In this document: in pieces, positions 33,550 to 42,878 of the stretch
Layout of the letters: each line of letters begins with the position of its first letter
Position numbering within the stretch: the stretch's first letter is position 1
NCBI GenBank assembly: GCA_018674305.1
Contig: JABHAL010000013.1
Coordinates: forward strand, 74,553-128,386
Origin: Candidatus Falkowbacteria bacterium
GTDB lineage: Bacteria; Patescibacteriota; Patescibacteriia; UBA11705; JABHMO01
DNA: 53,834 nucleotides
Direction: 5' to 3'
Notes under the pieces: generated by a model
What the model was told of the DNA's origin: nothing
What the model saw: the letters and a program-made list of their open reading frames with translations, nothing else
Databases searched by the model: none
Position numbers and translations under genes: made by a program

Positions 33550-35238
33550 ATGTCAAAATACATTTTTGTAGTCGGTGGCGTGATGAGTGGAGTGGGGAAG
33601 GGCGTTGCCGCAGCTTCAATGGGACGAATATTACAAGGGCATGGCTATCAAGTCTCAGCTATTAAAATTGACCCTTATATTAATGTGGATGCTGGTACCA
33701 TGAATCCAACTGAACATGGTGAGGTTTTTGTAACTGAGGATGGCGATGAAACTGACCAGGATATTGGTAATTATGAGCGTTTTTTGGGTCGAAATATTTT
33801 GTCAGATAATTACATGACCACCGGGCGAGTTTATCAAACAGTAATTGAGCGTGAAAGAAATTTGGAATATGGAGGAAAGTGCGTGGAAGTTGTACCTCAC
33901 ATTCCGGAAGAGATAATTTACCGAATTGAACAGGCAACCAAAAAAAGTGAAGCTGAAATTATGATCGTAGAAGTTGGTGGTACAATTGGTGAATATCAAA
34001 ATATGTTATTCCTTGAAGCTGCCCGTATGATGAAAATGCACAATTTTCACGATGTAATTTTTGTGCTTGTTTCTTATTTGCCAGTTCCTTCTAAACTTGG
34101 AGAAATGAAAACTAAGCCTACTCAATATGCAGTTCGGACTTTGAATTCAGCTGGTATTCAGGCAGATTTTGTTTTGTGCCGTGGAGAAAAACCATTGGAT
34201 GATATTCGAAAACAAAAAATTGCCATTTCTGGTAATTTGTTCCCTGATCATATTATTTCTGCTCCAGATGTAGAATCAATTTATGATATCCCAATAAATT
34301 TTTCAGAAGAAAAAATCGGTCAAAAAATTCTCAAGCAATTTGGATGGGTACCTAAATTGGGGGCTAAGGGTATGGCTGATTGGCAACAGTTTTTGGAGAC
34401 AGCTAAAGCAGCTACGGAAACTGTTAAAATTGGTATAGTTGGTAAATATTTCAAAACTGGAGACTTTGTATTGAAGGATTCTTATATTTCTGTGATTGAA
34501 GCGGTAAAGCATGCTTGTTGGTTTCATGGCAAAAAGCCGGACATTCAATGGATCAACTGTGAGGTTTATGAAAATGATCCAGCAAAGCTAGAAGAATTAA
34601 AGCAATACGATGGAGTGATAATTCCTGGCGGATTTGGTAGTCGGGGAATAGAAGGTAAAATTTCTGCTATCCAATATTTAAGAGAAAATAAAATTCCATT
34701 TTTTGGTTTATGTTATGGCCTGCAATTAGCTACTATTGAATTTGCTAGAAATGTTTGCCAGATCAAAGACGCTACCTCCACAGAAATTGATCCCGATGGC
34801 GAGCATCAAGTTATTCATGTTATGTCGGGGCAAATTAAAAATTTACAAGAAGGTAAATATGGATCAACTATGAGATTGGGGGCATATCCTTGTGTTTTGG
34901 ACGAAAAATCTATTAGTTATAAGGCGTATAATGAAAAAGAAATTTCTGAACGACATAGGCACCGTTATGAAGTTAATAATGATTATCGTCAGAAATTAGA
35001 AGACGGTGGTTTATTGTTCGCCGGGCAGTCACCAGATTGTAATTTGATCGAAATCATTGAAGTACCTGATCATCCTTTCTTTGTCGGTGTACAGTTTCAT
35101 CCTGAATTTAAATCACGACCAATTCAGGGTCATCCTTTGTTTAATGCTTTTATAGAGGCGTGCCTGGGAAAAGAAGATTCTGATAAATTTGAAGTAGAAA
35201 AAAAACATGATGGCAATTTATCAATAACGAATTATTAG
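33550..35238 (+). CDS. pyrG: CTP synthase
   Basis: Start moved to M8 (MSKYIFVVGGVMSGVGKG). A glutamine amidotransferase C-terminus follows (GLCYGLQ, HRHRYEVN). Confidence 0.93.
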   Translation: MSKYIFVVGGVMSGVGKGVAAASMGRILQGHGYQVSAIKIDPYINVDAGTMNPTEHGEVFVTEDGDETDQDIGNYERFLGRNILSDNYMTTGRVYQTVIERERNLEYGGKCVEVVPHIPEEIIYRIEQATKKSEAEIMIVEVGGTIGEYQNMLFLEAARMMKMHNFHDVIFVLVSYLPVPSKLGEMKTKPTQYAVRTLNSAGIQADFVLCRGEKPLDDIRKQKIAISGNLFPDHIISAPDVESIYDIPINFSEEKIGQKILKQFGWVPKLGAKGMADWQQFLETAKAATETVKIGIVGKYFKTGDFVLKDSYISVIEAVKHACWFHGKKPDIQWINCEVYENDPAKLEELKQYDGVIIPGGFGSRGIEGKISAIQYLRENKIPFFGLCYGLQLATIEFARNVCQIKDATSTEIDPDGEHQVIHVMSGQIKNLQEGKYGSTMRLGAYPCVLDEKSISYKAYNEKEISERHRHRYEVNNDYRQKLEDGGLLFAGQSPDCNLIEIIEVPDHPFFVGVQFHPEFKSRPIQGHPLFNAFIEACLGKEDSDKFEVEKKHDGNLSITNY

Positions 35239-35257
35239 TATAGAATGTGGTAAAAAA

Positions 35258-35284
35258 AGAAAAGACTCTTATGAGTCTTTTTTA
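35258..35284. terminator. Bidirectional terminator
   Basis: AAAGACTC-TTAT-GAGTCTTT flanked by A and T runs. Confidence 0.75.
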
Positions 35285-35611
35285 GTTTTTTTTCCTGTTT
35301 GGTGGTGTAACTTTTTGAATATGTGTATTACCGCTTCGACAACTAGGTTTGCGAAAAGCTGATTTTGGTCTTTGTAAGGTAATAACGTGTCTTATGGCGA
35401 CAAATTGACTTTTCATGAATTGGACAGTACAACTAACTTTTCCAGCTCCGCGTTTAAGTTTTTGTTCAATTTTAACTTCTGCTGCGAGAATAGCAAGGTT
35501 GTCATTCTCAAATGTATGCCAGGTGTCATTACTTTGTGTTATCCAGTAGTTTAGGTTTTTATCCCAACAAATAAAATCAAATCTGTATTTGTCTTTGTAC
35601 AAAATGTTCAC
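35282..35611 (-). CDS. Hypothetical protein (GTG start)
   Basis: 109-aa ORF with a TTGACA-17-TAATAT promoter readable on the minus strand at about 35640-35670. Coding status is uncertain. Confidence 0.4.
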   Translation of the reverse strand: MNILYKDKYRFDFICWDKNLNYWITQSNDTWHTFENDNLAILAAEVKIEQKLKRGAGKVSCTVQFMKSQFVAIRHVITLQRPKSAFRKPSCRSGNTHIQKVTPPNRKKN

Positions 35612-35690
35612 CTCTATTTCAAATAAATATCAATACATTTTTATATATTATAATATTAACAATTTTTTGTCAATTAGAACTTGGTTTTTC

Positions 35691-37034
35691 TTAATATTGT
35701 AGGATTTTTTTAATTTTACTGATAGCTTCTTCTTTGTGCGCTAATATTTTCTCAATGTTGTCGGCCCCGCTGGTCGATGCTTCCAAGAATCCTTGCATGG
35801 CTGCTTCAGCAAACCAACCACTATTTAGCCAGTCAAATAGCCACTGCTCGGTGAATTCAGGATTTTCTTGGTTGATGCCTGAACCGATTGTTCGTAGCCA
35901 ACGACGATTAAATTTTTCTTGAGAACCAATTGGTGGCGCCATTATGATAGGTAAGCCAAGCGCTGTATAAAAACTTAATTCACTAGGCTTGGTCCACAAA
36001 ATGTCAGTATGTTTAATGATCTGATTAAATTTGCGGAAGTAGTCAGCTTTGTCTGTGCCGTGAATTATTTTAACACCTTTGTTTAGCTCGCTACGTAAAC
36101 CAAGATTACAAACTTCTTTTTTGAAATAGGTGTTCACATCATTGTGAATACCGGCCACTAACACAACTCGGATCTTCTTTTCTTTGATCTTTTGTTTCAA
36201 GCTTTTTACAATATCTATGCCTAAGTTTCTTTGCGCACCAGCTCCGCCAACCGCAAACATTAGGGTTAAGACATGATCACCACGTTTAGGATAATTCTTT
36301 TTCCCCAGATGCTTGATAACAGTGTCTTGGTAATTTTTTAAATAAACTTTTTTGGTATCTAAACTATATAGGCGATAACCTAATTCCTTTTTTAGAATAG
36401 TTTCTTCTGGTCCACCAACCAGTTCTTCTGGTAGGGGAAACCCAGTTACAAAAATATTTTCAGATCTAACTCCATAAAGACGGAGCCTTTTTTCACAGCG
36501 AGGATTTGGTGCTAAGTATTTAATCCTGCTTTTTCTAGGATCAAGTGGTGCCCAGGCGCGACTTAAATCAGTGTCAGTTCCTAAACAATAGATTTCACCT
36601 GGGTAATTAAACTCCTCCGCCATATAGGCAATTATGAAAAAAGTAGTGACAATGGGGAGTGGTTTTTTTGCTAAGGTGTCAATTAGATGCTTTCCCCATT
36701 TTTTTCTTCGGATCAAAGAATAAATTGACCGTACTTGTAAACTTGGTTTAGATAAGTCTCTTTTTGGGTAAAAGGGTGGTATTTCTTGAAGTTTATCGTA
36801 AAGATTCCAAACGTGTTTGCCAATTAAGGGAACTTTTTTGAAACGAGAAATGAATTCATAGCTTTCGCGAGAGTGTTTCCAGGTTTCACGGTCAGATTTT
36901 GGAATGCCTCGGTAATTATTGGCGTTGATAATTTCTCCTTTGTGAGCAAGTTTTTTTAATGGCCAGGCAGCGCGCTGGTGGCCATAGCCCATGTCTACAG
37001 CAACGACGTAAGCTTTTTGTTTTTTGTTTGGCAT
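35691..37034 (-). CDS. Glycosyltransferase (MGDG-synthase/GT28-like)
   Basis: 447 aa. The N-terminus VVAVDMGYGHQRAA resembles the G-loop of the MurG/UgtP class, and the C-terminal half is Rossmann-like. Confidence 0.5.
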   Translation of the reverse strand: MPNKKQKAYVVAVDMGYGHQRAAWPLKKLAHKGEIINANNYRGIPKSDRETWKHSRESYEFISRFKKVPLIGKHVWNLYDKLQEIPPFYPKRDLSKPSLQVRSIYSLIRRKKWGKHLIDTLAKKPLPIVTTFFIIAYMAEEFNYPGEIYCLGTDTDLSRAWAPLDPRKSRIKYLAPNPRCEKRLRLYGVRSENIFVTGFPLPEELVGGPEETILKKELGYRLYSLDTKKVYLKNYQDTVIKHLGKKNYPKRGDHVLTLMFAVGGAGAQRNLGIDIVKSLKQKIKEKKIRVVLVAGIHNDVNTYFKKEVCNLGLRSELNKGVKIIHGTDKADYFRKFNQIIKHTDILWTKPSELSFYTALGLPIIMAPPIGSQEKFNRRWLRTIGSGINQENPEFTEQWLFDWLNSGWFAEAAMQGFLEASTSGADNIEKILAHKEEAISKIKKILQY

Positions 37035-37150
37035 AATGCATGTATCATGAATCCTGAATCATGTATCAACCGCTGGAATGGTGTTACATGCTACATGTTT
37101 CATGTTGTATTTTGTCTATTATAATTCTATTTTACCATATTTTTGTCAAA

Positions 37151-37182
37151 GAAAAAAGGCGACTCGGAGAGGAGCGCCTTTA
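37151..37182 (-). terminator. Intrinsic terminator
   Basis: AAGGCG...CGCCTT stem followed by a T-run on the minus strand. Confidence 0.6.
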
Positions 37183-37200
37183 TTTTAATTGAAAGAACTA

Positions 37201-37782
37201 TTAAGCTTGACTAAAGCCGAGTGTTACGGCCAGTCGTCTAAGCCAATTTTTGTGTTCAAGTTCTCTGGTTAATTCAAGGTTTTCACTGTCTTTTTCTGCC
37301 CCAGCTTCAATCTTTTGTTGGATTGTGTCGTTGGCAAATCCCAGCTTTTCAATGGCCATGTTTAGAAGATTCATGTAAATCTCTGTGAAAACTTCAGGCA
37401 TCTCAATTCTTATATCACTGAGCTTTTCTTGTGTGATTACCAAGACCTGAACTTTACTGCTTCCGGCCAACACGGTCGCATTTCGCCGAAATGTTTTCTT
37501 TGCCACCCCACTTTCGCCGATGATGGCTCCTTTCTCGAACTTGTATACGGTTGCTCCGCCTACCTTAATGACGGCTTCACCGGAGAGAAGGAGGACGAGA
37601 TCCTTGCCTTCCTCTCCTTCCATCATTATTGTGTCGTCAAGGGAAAAAGTTTTTCTTGTGCACTGTTGCAATAGCCAGATTGCTGTTTTTGGATCAATGT
37701 CATCAAATAGTGACAACTGCATTTCAATATAAATTGCTTTGGCAAATTCCTCAGATATTCCATCAATAAAGTCAGAATCCAT
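37201..37782 (-). CDS. Stand-alone cyclic-nucleotide-binding domain protein
   Basis: MMEGEEGKDLVLLLSGEAVI...FEKGAIIGESGV...RRNATVLA fits the cNMP-binding beta-roll (FGE...R.A). It has a helical C-terminal tail. AAGGAGG lies 6 nt upstream of the ATG. Confidence 0.75.
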   Translation of the reverse strand: MDSDFIDGISEEFAKAIYIEMQLSLFDDIDPKTAIWLLQQCTRKTFSLDDTIMMEGEEGKDLVLLLSGEAVIKVGGATVYKFEKGAIIGESGVAKKTFRRNATVLAGSSKVQVLVITQEKLSDIRIEMPEVFTEIYMNLLNMAIEKLGFANDTIQQKIEAGAEKDSENLELTRELEHKNWLRRLAVTLGFSQA

Positions 37783-37900
37783 AGTGACCTCCTTTTTTGT
37801 GACGTTAAGTTAACTTACACAGTTATATGTTAGCATATTTTTCTAAAAATGAAAGGGGGTTATCCAGAGTTGTTGTAAATGGTGAAGAGTTTGATTTTTG

Positions 37901-37936
37901 AAACAAAAACCCTCACTTTTCAGAAAAGTGAGGGTT
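37901..37936 (-). terminator. Intrinsic terminator
   Basis: A 13-bp stem AACCCTCACTTTT/AAAAGTGAGGGTT followed by a T-run on the minus strand. Confidence 0.85.
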
Positions 37937-37941
37937 GGGTA

Positions 37942-38541
37942 TTATTTGTTTGCCAGGTGGTTGGCAATCTGATTGCCGATAACCCTGGCTAATTCCTTCA
38001 TTGTGTTATGTAAAAGGTAGTCTTGATCACGATCCTCCGTATGCTGGGAATATTCTTTTTCTGAGTTGGCGAAGATGATTTGATTTTGGAAGTCAATTAC
38101 CCTGAAATCAAGTAGAACTCGAGTTGAGATTGCTTGATCTGGATCAGTGTGTCGATACGTTTTTAGCCGCCCAATAAGAGTATAACAATCTTCTGAATTA
38201 GGCATGGAAATTTTCTCAGTTACATTATCGTCGCTTGAAGTAGGGCAATACAGATCAACATCATCTGCGGTTTGGAAACGGCCTATCGCGCCATGACTGA
38301 GCAGTTGATTAAGCACAAGACTTTCCATGTCAGTTTTGCGACCGTCAGTGGTTCGGATGTGGACGTAGAAAGTTTTGCCTTTTAACGCGATTAGCGATTC
38401 TCGAAAGAGTATTCTGAAAAGTTTAGGAAGGTAGAGCCAGGATAGATAGGTTATAACGGTTGCGCCAATAATACCTGCCATAAGAAGGAAACCAAAAGAT
38501 TCTGATGCTACATTGGGTTGAACTGATGCTAAATAAATCAT
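37942..38541 (-). CDS. Membrane-anchored hypothetical protein (LpoB/FlgO-like pattern, tentative)
   Basis: Start moved to ATG 38541, which has AAGGAGG (38551-38557) 9 nt upstream. TM helix is FGFLLMAGIIGATVITYL. YTLIGRL...VLLDFRVIDFQNQIIFA recalls the lipoprotein-activator fold. Confidence 0.65.
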   Translation of the reverse strand: MIYLASVQPNVASESFGFLLMAGIIGATVITYLSWLYLPKLFRILFRESLIALKGKTFYVHIRTTDGRKTDMESLVLNQLLSHGAIGRFQTADDVDLYCPTSSDDNVTEKISMPNSEDCYTLIGRLKTYRHTDPDQAISTRVLLDFRVIDFQNQIIFANSEKEYSQHTEDRDQDYLLHNTMKELARVIGNQIANHLANK

Positions 38542-38672
38542 GACAAAGAACCTCCTTTGACCAATCCTTCTCTGGTTACTACTCACTCCTGCTTAGCAGT
38601 AGGGTAGCGGTCCGGAAAAACAAGCCATTGGTTGAAGTATTCGGCAAATCAAAATGATTAACCGAACTGAAA

Positions 38673-38701
38673 AGTATAGCATGAAGGTGAATTTTTGTCA
38701 A
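38673..38701 (-). promoter_or_regulatory. Sigma70-type promoter (TTGACA-17-TGcTATACT)
   Basis: On the minus strand, -35 lies at 38696-38701 and -10 at 38673-38678. It gives a roughly 130-nt leader. Confidence 0.65.
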
Positions 38702-38728
38702 TGATTAAACTTAATTTAGGAAAAAAAC

Positions 38729-38757
38729 TTGACAAAATAGAAAAAGTTTGCTATAAT
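38729..38757 (+). promoter_or_regulatory. Consensus sigma70 promoter (TTGACA-17-TGcTATAAT)
   Basis: -35 at 38729-38734 and -10 at 38752-38757, divergent from the previous promoter. Confidence 0.75.
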
Positions 38758-38771
38758 AGATGATGAGAGTG

Positions 38772-38797
38772 AAAAGCCCGCCAATCGAGGGGCTTTT
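38772..38797 (+). promoter_or_regulatory. Terminator-like hairpin inside the operon leader
   Basis: AAAAGCCC-(10 nt)-GGGCTTTT followed by CATTGTTTT, located between the promoter and ATG 38828. Confidence 0.45.
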
Positions 38798-38827
38798 CAT
38801 TGTTTTAAATAAATAAATTACAAACCT

Positions 38828-39331
38828 ATGAATTTTGAAGGTTTTCCTACAAACCAACCTGTGCCACCGCCACCAACAGCGGAAACTAAACATGAAGAAG
38901 AAGTAGCTGAAGAAAGCTATGATGATTTAGGTTTATGTTTAGATGAAGATGAATTCAATAAAGTCGAGTTTTCAACGGAAAATATTGATCAAATGGTTGA
39001 TTGGGCAGATAAAGAATTGGAAGCATTTGAAGACGCACGTAGTGATTTTGGTATGGGTTTTCACTTGGAGGATGAGTTGGAAAGTATTTTCAGTTTGGTA
39101 GCTCAGAAGATGAAGATAAAACTTGATACAAGTGCTTTGTTTGACAGGAGAGTTATAAGACCTTCAGAAGATTATGATGATCATGAAGAAGGTGAGGTGA
39201 GTTTTTTTGGTGAAACAATCGGCTATTCCACTGGGCATGATGGTTATGGTTTTAATTTAACTATTGATGGTGGTGAAATCAAAGAGGTGATGAAAAGAGC
39301 TTTTAAAAAAATGTTAGCGATGAAAGAATAA
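38828..39331 (+). CDS. Acidic hypothetical protein
   Basis: 167 aa, very Asp/Glu-rich, and first gene of the operon. Confidence 0.7.
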   Translation: MNFEGFPTNQPVPPPPTAETKHEEEVAEESYDDLGLCLDEDEFNKVEFSTENIDQMVDWADKELEAFEDARSDFGMGFHLEDELESIFSLVAQKMKIKLDTSALFDRRVIRPSEDYDDHEEGEVSFFGETIGYSTGHDGYGFNLTIDGGEIKEVMKRAFKKMLAMKE

Positions 39332-39359
39332 AATATTAGAAATAAATAAATATAATTTT

Positions 39360-40766
39360 ATGTCAGAAAAAATGATGGGAGGCTCTTCAGCTCCCGAAAA
39401 ACTGAAATTTATACCTATAAAATATGAAGGGTGTTTGCCTTCTTTACCAAAGGGAGCTAAAGTTGATGTTGCGGAAAAATTGACACAAGGCTCTTTGGTT
39501 ACAGATACAGGAAGTTTCTCAGATTTCTTAGAAGTACATAAAGATAAAACAGATTTTACTCAAGAAGACATTGATCAAATTTATAAAGAAAGTATCTTAG
39601 CCGGTGCTATTGATCATCATTCTATAGACACTTTTTTTAGTGCCAAAGGCGTTGACGTTAAAAAATGTTCAACCAAAATGGTTTTTGATTATTCTGATGA
39701 GGTTACACAGTTGATTAAAGAAAAAGGAATCACCAAAGTGGAAACTCATTTTGATAGTGATCTTGATGCAATTGCTTCTTCTTATTTAGTTAGAAGCTTA
39801 ATTGAAAATGGAGAAATGCCGGTCATAGCAGAAGACTTGGCTAAGGTTACAAATACTGAAGATTATGGTGAAAATCGATTGGATCCTGAAGAATATGCAA
39901 AATCACTTCCTGGAACAGTTTCTGCAATCAAGAGTCTGCTTAGCGATAGAGGCCGGGCGGAACTTGGTAAAGAGGTTTTTGGTAGTCCAAAAATGAAAGG
40001 AGAAGACGGAAGATTAAATGCAGAAGGAATAAAGAAACTTCAGGAAACACAAGCAAAATATGAAAATCTTCGCAACCAAATGGTTTTTGAACTAATTAAT
40101 TCAGCTAACGAGGCAAAGATGAAAGATGCAGGTTTTGATATAGCGGTTGATATTACATCTCTAGATTTATCTGAGGAATTGAGTGAGGTCGTTAACGAGG
40201 GGCGGGAAAATCTAAAAGTATCATTTGAAGACTTTTTGCAGGATTTTGAAAAAGCGGAAAAAGGCCAAATAACAATTAAAGATAGACAGGGTAATGATAT
40301 TGAAGTGAATGTTGTTGTTGGTACAAGCAAAAAACCTCTTATGTTCACCAATATGGCTTATAATCGAGTAAGTCCGGATACAGTTGTTGCAGTTTATGGA
40401 GGAGAGGAAAGAGCTTTTGGTGATAATTATAATATTGGTATTACTCCAGATATGGCCAACTCTTTGGATTTGAGTGCTGTTTGTTTAGAATTAAATAAAG
40501 CAGAAAAAGCAAAAAGAGAAGCACTTATTACGAAAGCTGATAAGACAGAAGACGAACAAAAAATGATTGATGGCTGGGCTGCCCAGGCAGATAGAGAAGC
40601 TTTCTTTGGGTTAAATGATAAAGTTGAAGCAGGGGAAATTGATGCTGGTGAAATTGTTACCAAAGATCCAACTGTCTTAGTTGCGGGAGGCTCGTTAATT
40701 GCCGCATCTAGAACTTCATTGTTGGGAGAAGAAGATTTCAAAAATGTCATGAATAAATTTAAATAA
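39360..40766 (+). CDS. Hypothetical protein with DHH/DHHA1-like motifs
   Basis: THFDSDLDAIASSYL resembles DHH motif I (H..PD.DAIGS). An IDHH tetrapeptide lies upstream of it. The C-terminal AGGSLIAAS resembles DHHA1 GGGH..AAG. Confidence 0.7.
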   Translation: MSEKMMGGSSAPEKLKFIPIKYEGCLPSLPKGAKVDVAEKLTQGSLVTDTGSFSDFLEVHKDKTDFTQEDIDQIYKESILAGAIDHHSIDTFFSAKGVDVKKCSTKMVFDYSDEVTQLIKEKGITKVETHFDSDLDAIASSYLVRSLIENGEMPVIAEDLAKVTNTEDYGENRLDPEEYAKSLPGTVSAIKSLLSDRGRAELGKEVFGSPKMKGEDGRLNAEGIKKLQETQAKYENLRNQMVFELINSANEAKMKDAGFDIAVDITSLDLSEELSEVVNEGRENLKVSFEDFLQDFEKAEKGQITIKDRQGNDIEVNVVVGTSKKPLMFTNMAYNRVSPDTVVAVYGGEERAFGDNYNIGITPDMANSLDLSAVCLELNKAEKAKREALITKADKTEDEQKMIDGWAAQADREAFFGLNDKVEAGEIDAGEIVTKDPTVLVAGGSLIAASRTSLLGEEDFKNVMNKFK

Positions 40767-40783
40767 AGTTAATTCAATTAAAT

Positions 40784-41779
40784 ATGCAATCTATGAAAGA
40801 ACCAATGATGGGCGCTGGGCCAAATCCAGAACAAAAAAAACTTGGCGTTGATGCTAGTTATGAACAATTAGAAGCTGCAATTCCAGAAGTTGAGGCCATG
40901 AAGGATTTTGAGCAACTCAATGATTTTCATTCTTTAACTCTAGATCAACATACAAAAAGATTAGGTAGTAATCTTGAAGAAGATGAGTTTGTAAAAGGTT
41001 TACCTAAAAAGCAACGTGAATTATTATTGTTAGCTGGAAAATTGCATGATTTAGGAAAAGTTTCACCTGAGGGGCATCAAGTGCATCCTAAAGATCCTGA
41101 GAAACGGCAGTATCTTGGTCATGAAAATGAAAGTGACCGAATTATTAGAGAAGTTTTACCAAAACATTTTGAATTAAGTTCAGAAGATATTGATTTTGTT
41201 GCTAAAATGGCTGGTCTTCATGCGTCGGCTCTAACTTTAATGACCAACTTTGCTCAAAATAATGAGCCAAAGGGGAAAAAATTAAAGTCCTATGATAAAT
41301 TTGTGGCCAGAGCAGAAGAAATCCCTGGAGACATGGAATTGATTGATAAAATGCGCATGATTTTTGCTTTGAACAAAGCAGATAAAGGTGCTGGTTATAA
41401 TGAGTCCAGTGATATGGCTGATCCTAAGGTTGAGAATATTAAAAAACTTTCTGATGAAGGTATAGCTGCATTGAATGAATTAGAAAAAGCTTTGCCCGCA
41501 TTATTAGCAGCTATTCAAGGTAGAAGAGGAGGGGACAATACAGCGGGGATTGCTTTCAAAGATGGTGAGTATGTTTACGAAAAACCAGAAGTTGAGAAAA
41601 AAGTTGAAGTTCCGCTTGAGCTAAGAAAGCTTGGTGGAGTTTTGAGAGATAAAACCAAAGTTGTTGCAGGTCTCTATGAAGGGCTAAGAGGAGGTTCCGT
41701 TGACGATGCAGCTGATAAATTGAAGAAAGTTGGATTGAGCGATGATCAAGTCGCCGCAGTTTTAGAGACTTTAGAATAA
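40784..41779 (+). CDS. HD-domain phosphohydrolase-like protein
   Basis: LLAGKLHDLGKV (HD dyad) with upstream LDQHTKRL and downstream GHENESD and GLHAS. Confidence 0.7.
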   Translation: MQSMKEPMMGAGPNPEQKKLGVDASYEQLEAAIPEVEAMKDFEQLNDFHSLTLDQHTKRLGSNLEEDEFVKGLPKKQRELLLLAGKLHDLGKVSPEGHQVHPKDPEKRQYLGHENESDRIIREVLPKHFELSSEDIDFVAKMAGLHASALTLMTNFAQNNEPKGKKLKSYDKFVARAEEIPGDMELIDKMRMIFALNKADKGAGYNESSDMADPKVENIKKLSDEGIAALNELEKALPALLAAIQGRRGGDNTAGIAFKDGEYVYEKPEVEKKVEVPLELRKLGGVLRDKTKVVAGLYEGLRGGSVDDAADKLKKVGLSDDQVAAVLETLE

Positions 41780-41806
41780 TAAAGATATTAGTGGTACAAT
41801 AAGTAC

Positions 41807-42832
41807 ATGGAAAAAACTACAAAAAATAAAAAGACTCTAACGGTTGGGGTTTCTATAATTCAGCCTTTAGTCATGGAAACAAAAGGCGGTAAGTTCAACG
41901 GTTTTGAAATTGAGTTATGGGAAAGAGTTGCCAAATATCTTGGTAGAAAATTCGAATATAAAAAATATAAGTTCAAAAATCTTTTAGATAAAGTTAAAGA
42001 AAAAAAAGTTGATTTGGCAATTGCCGGGATCACCCGGAATGAGGAGCGGGAAAAGGTGGTTGATTTTTCATACTACACTTTGGATACAGGTCTGGGCATT
42101 TTAGTTTCTGGAAGAGGAAAAGTTGGGTTGTTAGGTTTAATAAAATCTTTCTTTACAAGAGAAGTAAAACGACTGGTTTTTCTTGTTTTGGGTTTATTTA
42201 TTTTTGTGTTTGTTTTTAGCCACTTGCTTTGGTTTTTTGAACGTGGAATCGGTGCATTTGCCGCTGATTATGGCACGGGTATCTTTGAGTCGCTTTGGTG
42301 GGTGATTGTTACTGTCAGCACGGTTGGCTACGGTGATTATGTGCCGTTAACAGCCATGGGAAGAGCATTTGGAATAGTTGTAATTTTAAGCGGTTACATT
42401 CTTTATGTAATTATAATTGCAGAAATCAGTTCAATAATGACAATTAGAAGAATAAAATCTAATATTCAATCGACAAAAGATTTGCATGGGAAAAAAGTAG
42501 CCACATTGAAACATACAGTCAGCGTTGATGCTTTGGAAAAATTAAAAGCTAAAATTGTCTTGGTTGATAAAATTGAACAAGCATATAAAAAATTAGAATT
42601 TGGCAAAGTTGACGCAGTTGTTTTTGACGCGCCAACACTTCATTATTATGCAAATCACCAGGGGCTTGGCAAAGTTCTGGTTTTAGATAATATTTTTCAA
42701 ACTCAATCATACGGTATTGCTTTACCGGAAAACAGTGATTTAATAGAAAATATTAACAGAGGCTTACTCAACCTTCACGATACCGGAGAATATCAGGAAT
42801 TGCATAAAAAATGGTTTAGTGAAGAAGATTAA
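41807..42832 (+). CDS. Solute-binding-domain-gated K+ channel (GluR0-like)
   Basis: SBP family 3 lobe 1 (GFEIELWERVAKYLG, IAGITRNEEREKVVDFS) is followed by M1, the P-loop TVSTVGYGD, M2 and SBP lobe 2. Confidence 0.8.
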   Translation: MEKTTKNKKTLTVGVSIIQPLVMETKGGKFNGFEIELWERVAKYLGRKFEYKKYKFKNLLDKVKEKKVDLAIAGITRNEEREKVVDFSYYTLDTGLGILVSGRGKVGLLGLIKSFFTREVKRLVFLVLGLFIFVFVFSHLLWFFERGIGAFAADYGTGIFESLWWVIVTVSTVGYGDYVPLTAMGRAFGIVVILSGYILYVIIIAEISSIMTIRRIKSNIQSTKDLHGKKVATLKHTVSVDALEKLKAKIVLVDKIEQAYKKLEFGKVDAVVFDAPTLHYYANHQGLGKVLVLDNIFQTQSYGIALPENSDLIENINRGLLNLHDTGEYQELHKKWFSEED

Positions 42833-42878
42833 ATCAATATACTTTATAGAATAAATGGTAAATTTAGATAATAAATAT

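Noticed and set aside
38711-38893. Track ORF 38711..38893(-).
   Set aside because: It runs antisense across a consensus promoter, the leader hairpin and the start of the 38828 gene. It is an AT-rich, low-complexity artefact.
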